Assembly: GCA_964016885.1 (NCBI GenBank)
Contig: OZ024749.1
Coordinates: 7,812,001-7,876,000, forward strand
Source of the DNA: Eledone cirrhosa
Taxonomy: Eukaryota
Length of the DNA: 64,000 nt
Reading direction: 5' to 3'
The notes under the pieces were generated by a model. It did not search any database and had not been told where the DNA came from. It saw only the letters and a program-made list of their open reading frames with translations. Position 1 is the first letter of the stretch. Each line of letters opens with the position of its first letter. A program made the translations under genes and the position numbers. Of the stretch, positions 18,810 to 32,411 are shown in pieces.

Positions 18810-19925
18810 TATAACTTTGAATAACTTTGAAATGTTTTGGCCAGTATTGGCCCAGGCCATGTCTAACTTAATAGCACCACCTGGCGAAGTCTTTCAATTC
18901 AGGATTTGGGCACCATGGCCCATTCGAGAAGAGAATTACTGTTTGCGGAGACATATCCGGGTGTGGGTGGTTTGTCCGGGATTACTTGGAGGAATTTGTC
19001 CAAAGACTTCTTGAATTTTGTGTGGTCAGTTTCTGTTTTGACGTGTCCTGATGTGATGTTGAAGAGAGCAGGGCCGATTGAGGTGAAATAATTGTGCCGT
19101 ATTGTTGTTATGAGTTGCGATTTAGATTTTTGAATGGGACGGATAGCACGGGGCCCAAGCCTTGGGTGTATCTTGAAGGCGATGCCAACATCATTTGGGC
19201 AGTGATGATGGAACATTTTCCACATCATGCAGATAATATAACGCTCACGGCGACGTTGGAGTGAGTAAAGTTTCAGGTTTTCCAATCGACCCCAGTAGTC
19301 AAGGTCTGACATGCCATCTATCTTTTTCGTGATTGCCCTTTGAGGAGCTTCAAGTTTCATGATACTTTGTTTCGTGTTGGGGAGACCACAGTCGACAACA
19401 GTATTCAAGGTGTGGTCGGGCGAAAGTAGAGAAGAGAAGGATAATGGTGCGGGAATCTCTCGACTGGAAGGTTCTGAGGATCCAGGAACACATTCTGCGG
19501 GCCATGTCAACTTTGCTGTTTATATGCGTGGTCCAGCTTATGTTGCTGTCTACGGTTACTCCCAAGTCTCTGATGTTGTTAGATGCCACGAGAGTTTCCC
19601 CGGAGGGAAGGGAGTACGGGAGTTTCAGAGCATCCTCTTTTCCAAAGTGGATCAGTTCGAATTTGTCTTCGTTCAGTAACATGTTGTTCTTTTCTGCCCA
19701 TTGGGTAACAGCCATAGGTCTGACTGAAGGCTTATCCGGTTATCCACGCCATTGATGACCTTTTGGAGCTTGGAATCATCAGCGAAAATTTTAATGTTGT
19801 TGTGTTTGATGATGTCAGTGATGTCATTAATATAGATGATGAAGAGAAGTGGGCCCAACACAGTGCCTTGTGGGACCCCACTACTGACTTTGGCTGGGCT
19901 TGATTTGACTCCCTCAACTACAACA
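18810..19925 (-). mobile_element. 5'-truncated CR1-group LINE (family 2), RT C-terminus to 3' end, frameshifted
   Basis: [37 protein letters not shown]; (TTCAAAGTTA)2 tail. Confidence 0.92.
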
Positions 19926-19977
19926 TGTATATATATGTATATATGTATATATGTATATATGTATATATGTATATATG

Positions 19978-20015
<38 letters not shown>

Positions 20016-20121
20016 TATGTATGTATATATATATATTTATATATATATATGTATATATATATATGTATATATATATATGTATATATCTATATGTATATAT
20101 ATATATGTATATATATATATG

Positions 20122-20159
<38 letters not shown>

Positions 20160-20464
20160 TATGTATATATGTATATATATGTATATATGTATATATATGT
20201 ATGTGTATATATATATGTATGTATATATATATATGTATATATGTATATATATGTATGTATATATTTATGTATGTATATATATATGTATGTATATATTTAT
20301 GTATGTATATATATGTATATATGTATATATATGTATGTATATATATATGTATGTATATATATATGTATGTATATATTTATTGTATGTATATATATGTATG
20401 TATATATATATGTATGTATATATATATGTATGTATATATATATGTATGTATATATATATGTATG

Positions 20465-20525
<61 letters not shown>

Positions 20526-20692
20526 GTATATATATGTATGTATATATGTATGTATATATGTATGTATATATGTATGTATATATGTATGTATATATATATG
20601 TATATATATGTATATATGTATGTATATATATATGTATGTATATGTATATATGTATGTATATATATATGTATGTATATATATATGTATGTATG

Positions 20693-20725
<33 letters not shown>

Positions 20726-21130
20726 GTATATATATATGTATGTATGTATATATATATGTATATATGTATATATGTATATATATATGTATATATGTATATA
20801 TATATGTATATATGTATATGTATATATATGTATATATATGTATATATACGTATATATATATATATATGTATATATATGTATATATATANNNNNNNNNNNN
20901 NNNNNNNNNNNNNNNNNNNNNNNNNNNNNNNNNNNNNNNNNNNNNNNNNNNNNNNNNNNNNNNNNNNNNNNNNNNNNNNNNNNNNNNNNNNNNNNNNNNN
21001 NNNNNNNNNNNNNNNNNNNNNNNNNNNNNNNNNNNNNNNNNNNNNNNNNNNNNNNNNNNNNNNNNNNNNNNNNNNNNNNNNNNNNNNNTATATATTATAT
21101 ATATATATATATAATATATTATATATATAT

Positions 21131-21164
<34 letters not shown>

Positions 21165-21483
21165 ATATATATATATATATATAATATATATATATATATA
21201 TAATATATATATATATAATATATATATATATATATAATATATAATATATATATAATATATATAATATATAATATATATAATATATATATAATATATACAT
21301 ATAATATATACATATAATATACATAATATATATATATATAATAATATATAATATATATATATAATATATATATATATATAATATCTACATATAATATATA
21401 ATATATACATATAATACATAATATATATATATATAATATATAATATATATATAATATATATATATATATAATATATAATATAC

Positions 21484-21528
<45 letters not shown>

Positions 21529-21690
21529 ACGTATATATATAATATATATATATACATAAATTATATATATAATATAATATATCATATATATATACTATAT
21601 ATATATATGCATATATATGTGTGTGCCTATGTATGTACATATATATATATACACACAAATTATATATATATATATACATATATATTTGTA
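19926..21690. repeat. (TA)n arrays: TATG variant before the gap, TAA variant after it
   Basis: Direct reading. Confidence 0.95.
20889..21088. other. Assembly gap (200 N)
   Basis: Run of N. Confidence 1.
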
Positions 21691-21913
21691 TGTGTGTGTG
21701 TGTACGTGTGTGTGTGTGTGTTGTGCTGTGTGCGCATGTGCATGAATACGTGACAGGAAATGTTACATATATTTGTAAGTAATAATATATAATGTATATA
21801 TGCTTTTATATACATACATACTTACTTACATACATACATACATACATACTTACATACACACACATATATAAATACATACATACTTACATACACACATATA
21901 TAAATACATACAT

Positions 21914-21981
<68 letters not shown>

Positions 21982-22387
21982 CCTCCATCATAAATCTAAA
22001 TCTTAAAAAAACAGAGCTATTCAATGTATAAATTACTACATTAAGTAGAATAGTTATGACTTGGAAAAGTTGTCTGACACAAATTCCGTTTAATTCCATT
22101 ACATGGTGCCAACTTGTCAGATGGTTTATAAGTCCAACACTGAGAGCCTGGTTCTAACACTCTAAACCCAATGATACATAACTAATGCTATTTGTTTGCT
22201 TAATGCAGTCAATACGAAAATCTGATCGCTGAATTGTCTCCGACATCGTATCTATGTTCCTCTCTCCCACGCTAAGTTTCATTCTCTCACATACGAACAC
22301 CTCCTACACTCTAACTCATCACTCACTCACAAACACACTCACACACATACACACACTCTCATACAGTCTGATGTGCTCACTTACTTT

Positions 22388-22888
22388 CACAATTCAAGTG
22401 CTCACTCCCACAATTCAAGTGCTCACTCACTCAATTCAAGTGCTCACTCAGACAATTCAAGTGCTCACTCAGACAATTCAAGTGCTCACTCAGACAATTC
22501 AAGTGCTCACTCAGACAATTCAAGTGCTCACTCACACAATTCAAGTGCTCTCACACAATTCAAGTGCTCACTCACACAATTCAAGTGCTCACTCACACAA
22601 TTCAAGTGCTCACTCACACAATTCAAGTGCTCACTCACACAAATCATGTGCTCACTCACACAAATCATGTGCTCACTCAGACAATTCAAGTGCTCACTCA
22701 GACAATTCAAGTGCTCACTCACACAATTCAAGTGCTCACTCACACACTTCAAGTGCTCACTCACACACTTCAAGTGCTCACTCCCACACTTCAAGTGCTC
22801 ACTTCCACAATTCAAGTGCTCACTCCCACAATTCAAGTGCTCACTCCCACAATTCAAGTGCCCACTCACACAATTCAAGTGCCCACAC
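22388..22888. repeat. 21-bp minisatellite CAATTCAAGTGCTCACTCACA (~24 copies)
   Basis: Direct tandem repetition; translates as TIQVLTH repeats. Confidence 0.95.
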
Positions 22889-23134
22889 ATACAGTCAAAG
22901 TACTCACTCACATATTCTAAGTATTCCCTCATTCCCGTACTCAATTCCTTCACCTACTGACTCACACTCTAAGTACTCACTCATTCACACGATCTCAGTA
23001 CTCACTCAATCAGCTAAATATTCTAAACGTGTATTCCTTCATTCACTCACTCAAATTAAGAACTCTCTCATTCATTAAATCGTTTCCCCCATCCCTATCT
23101 CTCTCCCTCTTACTCCCTCTCTTTCTCACACTCC

Positions 23135-23166
<32 letters not shown>

Positions 23167-23385
23167 ATATCATCGCCTTATTTAAGTACCACTTCAGAAG
23201 GAAGGTGAGAGGGGAGAGAGAGGTGCTACACCCCAATATATTCGCTGAAAGGTGGGTGAATGTGGCGAAAATGGCCCGAGTGAATGGGTTTTCTCTGTAT
23301 ATAAACCTTTAGGTTGAGGAAGACGGGAACACCTACAAAACGTTCTCCTGGTGTTGTGGGTTGTTCTATCCACGGGTGTAAAACA

Positions 23386-23654
23386 AAAGAGAAGGAGGGG
23401 GTGCTGGTAGTGGTGGGAAGGTGAAGAGAAAAGGAGGGGGAGCTGGTAGTGGTGGGATGGTGAAGAGAGAAGGAGGGGTGCTGGTAGTGGTGGGAAGGTG
23501 AAGAGAAAAGGAGGGGGAGCTGGTAGTGGTGGGATGGTGAAGAGAGATGGGGGTCCTGGTAGTGGTGGGAGGGTGAAGAGAGAAGGGAGAAGGGCATGGT
23601 AGAGGTGGGAGGGTGAAGAGAGAAGGGAGGAGAGCATGGTAGAGGTGGGAGGGT
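23386..23654. repeat. Purine-rich ~39-42-bp minisatellite (GGTAGTGGTGGGAAGGTGAAGAGA...)
   Basis: About 6-7 imperfect tandem copies. Confidence 0.85.
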
Positions 23655-23707
23655 ACTACTACTACTGCTACTACTATTGCTGCTACCACCACCAACAACA
23701 ACAACAA

Positions 23708-23890
23708 CAATTGTTTCTATTTTTGGCACAAGGCCAGCAAATACCCCAGTACATTACTGGTACTTTATTTTATCGACCCCGTAAGGATGAAAGGCAAAGT
23801 TAACCTCGGCGGGATTTGAACTCAGATCGTAAAGGGACGTAACTCTGCTGGAAAGCATGGCGTCCGACCCTCTACCGATACTACCAATGA
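23708..23890 (-). mobile_element. tRNA-derived SINE (family S1)
   Basis: Minus-strand A box TGGTAGTATCGG and B box GAGTTCAAATCC; core CTTTCATCCTTACGGGGTCGATAAA; several copies in the window. Confidence 0.88.
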
Positions 23891-24041
23891 TACCAACAAC
23901 ATTTTTTACTAATCTAAGTTGATGTCAATTATGGCTCACGTGACATGTACGACAGCGATGACTAGCAATAAGTTTTAAAAGTGGTTATTCAGAAATTTTT
24001 CAGATTAGGAGTGCGATTGGTTTGACAATCGAAACAGAGAG

Positions 24042-24089
<48 letters not shown>

Positions 24090-24091
<2 letters not shown>

Positions 24092-24559
24092 TAAAGTTAG
24101 TCCTTCATCAGTGATCTTCCAACCATCATTGGTATTCCATCGCTTTAAAGACCATATACCTCCGGTTGGTGCGAGCAACGGCTAAAAAAAGTCGTTGGGA
24201 CACATAAATAAAGGGGACACGAGAGTGTAAACAAACAAAGATGGTGAAGCAACGAAAAGTGAGGAAGAAGGAGTCAAGTCCCAAATTTCCATGAATATAA
24301 GTTCGGTGAAATCGTGAACGAGAGAGAATAGAGACCATCAAACCTGGTTGGAATGTGAGCATGGAAGGAATTGACTCCTTCTTCCTCACTTTTCGCTGCT
24401 TCACCATCTTTGTTTGTTTACACTCTCGTGTCCCCTTTATTTATGTGTCCCAACGACTTTTTTTAGCCGTTGCTCGCACCAACCGGAGGTATATGATCTT
24501 TAAAGCGATGAAATACCAATGATGGTTGGAAGATCACTGATGAAGGACTAACTTTATTT
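24090..24559. mobile_element. Fold-back element (family B) with ~185-bp inverted arms, each ending in CTGATGA-AGGAC
   Basis: 24090-24275 is the reverse complement of 24372-24559; homologous to 30303-30580 and 32115-32392. Confidence 0.85.
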
Positions 24560-24599
24560 ATATGTAACCTATTAGCAACCACGCAGCACGTTTATTCTC

Positions 24600-24638
<39 letters not shown>

Positions 24639-25164
24639 ATAAGGGTTGACGGACCCAGCATATTGATCAATGCCAGTACCGGTTGTATCTCAGCGCACTC
24701 AATGGGCAATGTAAGATACATTACCAGAGTATACACATAGTTATTTGGCTCAACACAACACACGTAAAACGGGTGCCTATAAGGTTCCCGGACTCGAGTT
24801 TCTGCTGCACTAATGTAGCAGTAAGGTACACTGCACCCTCTGTCTGCATATATTATGCAACAATGCACAATCGGCTTATATATATATAAGAAAGGAAATA
24901 ATAGAAAACCAAATAGAAAATACTCAGCCTTCTATTATTCAAGAGGAGACTCACCTATATTTACCAAACATAGGCATAGCTTTGATGGTTCTTTGTAATA
25001 TCTGTAAGAATGGTCTGATACATATATGTATATGTATATGTGAGTACATATATGTATACATATATGTATATGTGAGTACACACACACATACATACATACA
25101 CACACATATATATGTGTGTGTGTGTGCGTATGTGTATGTGGATATATCTATCTATATGTATCTA

Positions 25165-25496
25165 TCTATCTATCTAGGGCGAGTAAAATTGCCGAGATCC
25201 ATGAACAAGTTCTCTCAAGCGGTCTCTGACCTCTCATCATCGTTGCCAAGTCCTGCGTCTCCAACAGACCAGCGTCTGTCCTTAGGGCATCAATATACGT
25301 TAACCTTGGTCTTCCTCTTCTAGTGTGTCCATGCAGGAGCTCACACAGGAGCACTGAGTGCAGTGTCAACTCTGGATGTCGGTGAGCATGGAATTAGTTG
25401 AGGACTTCCTGTATTTGGGAGAAAAGATTGGGAATACGGAAGATGATGTGGTTGAGAGGAAAAGCAAAGCCTGGGCCGCGTGTCACAGTTTGAGAT
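25165..25496 (-). mobile_element. RTE-like 3' end with (TAGA)n tail and inverted 5' segment
   Basis: Minus strand encodes HGHTRRGRPRLTYIDALRTD; plus strand 25390-25496 encodes ELVEDFLYLGEKIGNTEDDVVERKSKAWAACHSLR. Confidence 0.8.
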
Positions 25497-26401
25497 CTCT
25501 CTCTCTATATATATATATATAGTAATAATAATAAATTTGAAGACTAAAATCCAAAGAGGGCTCGATAAGAATAATATATAAGAACCGTAAAGAAAATATT
25601 TATTAAAATAACAGATTAAAGTTTAAGCAAAGAATCCCTGCTTTCACCCTTAACGGGATCTTCTGAAACTAAAAAAATCATTATATATATAATTAGGTAG
25701 TAACATGTGCTTACGCCGTATTTGACTAAAGAGAATTAGTCTGTTAGTTAGGATTTAAAAAACCCTGTCAATGGAAAAAAGGATAAATATTGAAGTACAT
25801 GTGACACGTATTTAGTCAAATACGGCATAAGAACATGTTACTACTTAATTTTCAAATTCGCTAGCTGTTTGTAAACAAAGCCTGCTTTCTGTCTCCCTAT
25901 TTATAGACACTAGCTGTTGAAACGGCAGGAGCTCAGCCGCTGTGATCCCAACTCCTTCATATTACCTCCCTCTACTACCTCAAGTACTCTGGTGAAATGG
26001 TCGAACAGTTTTACTTTCCCCGCCTAAAAGTTTGTAGCGAAAGAAGAAGAAAGATAAAACGTACTATAAACAGTATATATATATTCCTTTCCCTTTTTTA
26101 TAGATATCAGTTATTGGACTTTTGCCAAGCTGGAGCACAGAATTCGATATATTAGTTTCGATTATACCGTCCTTATATTTTGTCTAGATCTTAATTCATT
26201 CTTCTCGTAAAGATACAATTGAAAGCTTGGTATTAGCATAAGAAAAGATAACGTAGACCTAACATAGACATAATTATATCCGCTGTCTCTGTTCTAATGG
26301 AATGTTTTTCGCGCAACAATCGTATATATATACACATATATATAAACACATATATATATACACATATATATAAACACATTATATATATATATATATATAT
26401 A

Positions 26402-26907
26402 TAGAGTGGTGGACTGGGTCTAGAAATGTTAGTAGCCAGAAGATGAAGGGGGCCCACCTACATATAGAATGCCATCAGTTAATTTTTATAATGAATAAAT
26501 AACATTTTCAAAATATACATAAGTAGATTCAAAACAGTGCAATCACATTTTTGCGGAAGAATATCTTACCTTCTCCAATAAAAAATATTATGTATTTTGC
26601 GTAATTCAGAGTCTTTCAATAATGACCTTTGGTCTTCGACTCTCACTCATATATATATATATATATATATACTATGAATAACGAGTTCTAAACTCAAACA
26701 GTCCTTTACAATGAAATAGCTCAAAGAAAGAAGTATTTCTGAGCCGTGTAATACAAGTTAATATAAATTAATATATATGATAAACACAAATACCAACATA
26801 TAAGTGTTTGTATTGTAAATGACTAAGTTAGCTAGATTGAAAAATACTAATACAAACACTTATATGTTGGTATTTGTGTTTATCATATATAGTAATTTAT
26901 ATTAACT

Positions 26908-26963
<56 letters not shown>

Positions 26964-27265
26964 TGTGTGTGTATATCTATATATGTATGTTTGCATGAAT
27001 GAATACACTAAGCTAGATAGATTTAGTAGAATGTACAACCACTGATTCCAGCTATTTCCCTTATCATATATTTTGGTTTCTATTAATTCCCTAGGGAATT
27101 GTTTGACCAAATGCTTTGCTTAATTGTTTTGTTTATTTAGAGAAAAAAAATGTATTCTTTCTCTTAGACTTCAGGTATTTTTTTAAAGTTAAGCATTAGC
27201 CCCTAAAATACCATAGCGGGCCCTGCATTGATACCGTAGACCCTCTAGCAACCCGGCCAGTATGC

Positions 27266-27270
<5 letters not shown>
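26402..27270. mobile_element. Possible decayed non-autonomous TIR DNA transposon; a related right end lies at 29240-29568
   Basis: Left end AGTGGTGGACTGG versus right ends CCAGTATGCCATT and CCAGTCCCCCACTG; 26990-27230 is homologous to 29262-29500. Confidence 0.5.
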
Positions 27271-27306
<36 letters not shown>

Positions 27307-27531
27307 CATACATACATATTATTTGTTTGTTAAAATAATTAAATTAAATTAATTCAACGTTTAAACACACATAGGAATAATGAGGTTGTTACCAAAGAGC
27401 CCGAAGATTGACAAGACGAACCTAAATATAACTAGTAGCTCTAGGAAAGCCATGAACGGCACCACATCTTTTAAACTTTGATTTTGAAAGTAGGTTCATA
27501 ATTATTAATTTTCCTTATACCTTTGTAGCTG

Positions 27532-27600
27532 TCTCGGCGGCCTAGTGGGAAGAATCATAAACGGTGGTGATCCTGTCCTGAAGTTCGATCCTGGTCGGGA
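27532..27600 (+). mobile_element. Degenerate tRNA-like/SINE head
   Basis: A-box-like CGGCCTAGTGG, B-box-like AGTTCGATCC, acceptor-like stem TCTCGGC/GTCGGGA; no valid anticodon arm. Confidence 0.5.
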
Positions 27601-28128
27601 AGTAAAATATAAACAGTAAAAGACTCTATGTATCTCTCGACTAGGATTGAATCCAATGCCAGGATCTCCACCGTCTCTAGTACCTACCGCTCGGTCACAT
27701 AAACAACTGCGAAACTCTGCTGAAAATTCATACATATAAACCTATTTAAGGTCGACTTCTAAATCATTTAGGTGTTCCATAAACTACATCCTCGTTTTGT
27801 TTCTCCTCTATCTAGACTATATTTTAACCTGTAATCCATGTTGCATTTCTGTTACACCTCACCCCCTCACTCTTTCTTTCTGTGATATTTGAATCTATTT
27901 GTGCTTACCTTACTCATATATATATATGTTTTGCATATCAGTCAGATTTAGGCTTACAATGATTGTCATTACAATGATAAACAGTGATTGCCAGAAAAAT
28001 TAACTATGGAGATATAAAAGACACAGAAGCCAAAACAAACCCAAACCAAACAGTGAGTGTGTTCTGTTATTGTTTCTGGCAATATTATAACAATATGACC
28101 CTCCCCGAGTATTTATATATATAGATTT

Positions 28129-29187
28129 TACATGTGGCCGGTGCTCTGGTGCAATAAGTAGCAGCAAGTGCCCACAAAATACTAGCTCTTTCAATTGCGC
28201 AGAGGGTTCTATAGAAATAGTGGACAGCTTCCGTTACCTGGGCGATAAAATCAGCAGTGGGGGAGGGTGCTCTGAAAGTACTGTAGCTAGAGTCAGAACT
28301 GGTTGGAAAAAGTTCAGAGAGCTTATACCACTATTAGCTGCTAAAGGGTTCTCACTAAAAATGAAAGGCAGGTTGTACGATGCCTGCATACGAACAGCAA
28401 TGCTGCATGGCAGTGAGACCTGGGCATTGTGTGCAGAGGATATACGCAGACTAGAGAGGAACGAAGCTTGCATGCTCCGCTGGATGTGTAACAGTAATAT
28501 ACGTGAACGGTAAAGCATAAACGAACTAAGGAAAAAATTAGAGATAAGAGGGATCAGATGTTGTTTACTCGAGAGAAGGCTACGTTGGTATGGACACGTG
28601 ATGCGCATGAAAGTCGATAGCTGTATAACAAAGTGCAGGGCAATAAAGATAGACGGTAGTCACGGAATAGGCAGACCTAGAAAAACCTGGGACGAGCTGA
28701 TAAACTCCGACATCACACACTTACACCTCTCCAAGACAATGTCACTGGACCGAGACCTTTGGCGGTACTCAGTAACAGAGAAGACCCGCCTTACCTAAAT
28801 ATATAGTAAAACCTACTCCAGCCAGTAGGCATCTCTAACAAAATACACCCCGTCCCACCACCCCCACCCCATCCACACCACCCCGTTCTATGTAAAGTTA
28901 TGTTGGTGCCGCGCCATCGAGGCCGAAACAAATGAGATCGTGTAGGTGTCACGACAAAAAAACACACAGTCCACGCTGTAATGTGGCCGTGTAGGCAACA
29001 CGGTAAAAACCTCCCAGACCCACACTGTAAATGCGGTTGGTGTTAGGAAGGGCATCCAACTGTAGAAAACCTGCCAGACAGTCCTATGCGAGCAAGACAA
29101 TCACTCTTGCCTCAAGTGGGACTACCCCCGTCCAAACCCATGCAAGCGTGGAACACGGACGTTAAACGTTGATGATGATGATGATGA

Positions 29188-29191
<4 letters not shown>
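28129..29191 (+). mobile_element. 5'-truncated RTE-clade LINE with 3' UTR and (GAT)n tail
   Basis: FRYLGDKIS, GWKKFREL, MLHGSETW, RLRWYGHVMRM, GRPRKTW; stop at 28511-28513; (GAT)n tail. Confidence 0.92.
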
Positions 29192-29236
<45 letters not shown>

Positions 29237-29657
29237 CTTTAATGTGTCTATATATGTATATTTGCATGCATGAATGAATACGGTAAGGTTTAGAATTAGT
29301 AGAATGTATAATCACAGATTCCATCTATTTGTACTATCGTATATTTTGGTTTTTAGTAATTTCCTGGGGAATTGGTTGACCAAATGCTTTACTCAATTGT
29401 TTTATTTATGAAAAAGAAAAATATTATTCTTTCTCTTAGATCTCAGGTATTTTTTTAAAGCAAAGCATTGGCCCCTAAAATACTACAGTGGGCCCTGCAA
29501 TGCTACAGTGGGCCCCCTGGGGCCCACTTGCTAATGGGAAACCTGGCACAGTGGCCAGTCCCCCACTGTATATATATATATATATATACTTTCTATACAC
29601 ACATATATAAATGTATGTGTATGTGTATATATGTATATATATATTTGCGTGTGTGTG

Positions 29658-29772
<115 letters not shown>

Positions 29773-29792
29773 CTATTTTATTTCTTATTCTT

Positions 29793-29828
29793 TCTTCTGA
29801 AGAAAGACTAGCGTCCGAAACGTTAAGA
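29793..29828 (+). ncRNA. Minimal type I hammerhead motif
   Basis: TCTT-CTGAAGA-AAGAC-TAGC-GTCC-GAA-ACGT-T-AAGA; a relative on the minus strand at 34545-34580 has GAAA changed to AAAA. Confidence 0.65.
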
Positions 29829-30261
29829 CCCTCTTCCTGCCATATCAAGCGTTATCCTAATATATCCCTTCCATATGCTGTACCGATTGTGTTGTTATTT
29901 CTGTTTACCTTTTACGTACATACATATATATATATATGATCTGGTTAAGCTAACAACGTATTTAAAATTGAGTGGCACAGCTCCAAGTGTTCAGCAATTT
30001 TTATACAACTTAATCAGTGAAACAATTGTTAGACAGTAAATAAAAGCCTTTTTTTACTGTTGATCATGTTATTCTTCCTTCTTTCAATATTATTACTCCA
30101 AGATAAACTTACATAGGAATGCAAGAGAACTCACAAACTCGCCACCTATGTAAACCCCTTGTTGAGTCAAACAACGCCGTACGCTAAAACTATCCATAAT
30201 ACGAAGTATTCATAACCTCTAACAAGATTACCTATAACGATATTTTGTTATCCCTTATATA

Positions 30262-30302
<41 letters not shown>

Positions 30303-30308
<6 letters not shown>

Positions 30309-31217
30309 AAGTGAGTCCTTCATCAGTGACCCTCCAACCGTCCCAGGCATTTCATCGCTTTAAGGGCCATATACCTCAGGTTGGTGCGAACAACGGCTAA
30401 AAAAAGTCGTTGGGACACGTAAATAAAGAGAACGTTAGGGTGAACAAACAAAATGGTTTAAGCAACAGAAAGTGAGAAGAAAGAGACAAGTCCCAGATTT
30501 CTATGAATATAAACTCGATAAAATCGTGAACTAGAGAATAAAGACCATCAAACCTGGTTGAAATGTGAGCAAGGAAGGAATTTCGCACAGGTCTAACGGG
30601 GGGAAGAAGAAGGGGTCTGGTCTGCGAATTCGGTAAACATAAGTTCTGTGAAGACGCAGACGAGAGAGAGAGAGAAAACAAATTTCATACCGGCTTGGCC
30701 AATAGTGCGCGAGAAAAGAAATCGGACAGGTCAAGCGGGAAGAAATAGGAGAGGAGGAGAGGCAGTGACAGGGTATGAGTGAGTGAAGGTTGAGGAAGAG
30801 GCTAACAGAGAGAGAGACTGCTAGAAAGGGTAAAGATACAAGGAAAGAAACAGACGGGTGGCAGCAGAGGAAAAAAATATATGTGTAAATATGATAATAA
30901 TGGAGCTGCGGCGTTGCAAATGGGATACATATGAAAAAGTGAGTCCTTCATCAGTGACCCTCCAACCGTCCCAGGCATTTCATCGCTTTAAGGGCCATAT
31001 ACCTCAGGTTGGTGCGAACAACGGCTAAAAAAAGTCGTTGGGACACGTAAATAAAGAGAACGTTAGGGTGAACAAACAAAATGGTTTAAGCAACAGAAAG
31101 TGAGAAGAAAGAGACAAGTCCCAGATTTCTATGAATATAAACTCGATAAAATAGCCGTTGTTCGCACCAACCTGAGGTATATGGCCCTTAAAGCGATGAA
31201 ATGCCTGGGACGGTTGT
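30303..31217 (-). mobile_element. Family B element with partial tandem duplication and short fold-back
   Basis: 30929-31152 repeats 30301-30524; 31153-31216 is inverted. Confidence 0.8.
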
Positions 31218-31220
31218 TCA

Positions 31221-31250
<30 letters not shown>

Positions 31251-31251
<1 letters not shown>

Positions 31252-31398
31252 AGTGGTTACACAACAGTTAGTTCACCATACCGAAAACAATTGTTTCACC
31301 TTAGCGGATCCTCAGCTCATAATCGATTACGAGCAGAGGATCCGCTAAGGTGAAACAATTGTTCTCGGTATGGTGAACTAAATGTTGTGTAACCACTT
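31251..31398. repeat. Spacerless ~148-bp palindrome with a hammerhead motif in each arm
   Basis: Centre TAATCGATTA; the arms carry C(T/A)GAGGA-TCCGCTAAGGT-GAA-ACAATTGT-T. Confidence 0.85.
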
Positions 31399-31462
31399 CT
31401 ACCTAACTCGTCCCATGGACTGAGTGCTCTACCACTACGGATATTACCTTCCAGTGTTCTAC

Positions 31463-31501
<39 letters not shown>

Positions 31502-31919
31502 AAATTAAATTAAGGGTGTCATTTCGGAGAGACATGCGCCATACCCACTGTACAATATGGTAAAAGATTCCAATGAATAGATCCGAGCATATTATATCAA
31601 CTATAAATATATTGACATATATATATATATATATATAGCCTCCCCCCTCCCCCGGGAAATCCCCCAGTTGATGGATATGAATCCGACATATAGGGACAAT
31701 TAAATCACTCCCAAGGTAACTATCTCGTGTTATTATTTTTATTTTTTACGCTCTTTCTTACGTTCTTCTACACACTATACATCTCATTCTACATTCACTT
31801 ACATCTCTCTCTCTCTCCACCGGATCTTGTTACCCGGAGAATTTCTATCTGCATTGTTGAGGCTTCCAAAACGACATAAAGAAAATATATCTTATTATTC
31901 CACAATCCTTCAAGCAAAC

Positions 31920-32392
31920 TTCAATACACTCACATTCTGTCACTACCTCTCCTCCTCCTCTTTCTTCCCGTTTGACCTGTGAGTAATTCTTTTCTCTCAC
32001 ATTCTCGGCCAAGCTGGTCGGAACTTTTTCTCTCTCGTCTACGATTTCACAGAACTTATGTTTACCGAATTCGCAGACCAGACCCCTTCTTCCTCCCGTT
32101 AGACCTGTGCGAAATTCCTTCCTTGCTCACATTTCAACCAGGTTTGATGGTCTTTATTCTCTCGTTCACGATTTCACCGAACTTAAATTCATAGAAATCT
32201 GGGACTTGTCTCCTTCTTCCTCACTTTCTGTTGCTTCACCATTTTGTTTGTTTACCCTCGTGTCCCCTTTATTTACGTGTCCCAACGACTTTTTTTAGCC
32301 GTTGCTCGCATCAACCGAAGGTATATGGTCTTTAAAGCGATGAAATGCCTATGATAGTTGGAAGATCACTGATGAAGGACAAACGTTTTTCA
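31920..32392 (+). mobile_element. Family B element (plus orientation)
   Basis: Reverse-complement homolog of 30303-30790. Confidence 0.8.
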
Positions 32393-32411
32393 TATATATA
32401 TATATATATAT

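Noticed and set aside
22254-23078. ORFs with TIQVLTH/HNSSAHS repeats; CRISPR-like look
   Set aside because: Spacerless 21-bp minisatellite, eukaryotic context, no cas genes.
23194-23729. Pro/Ser-rich ORFs
   Set aside because: Reverse translation of a purine-rich minisatellite.
27532-27600. Functional tRNA gene
   Set aside because: Anticodon arm and box consensus are degenerate; treated as a SINE-like head.
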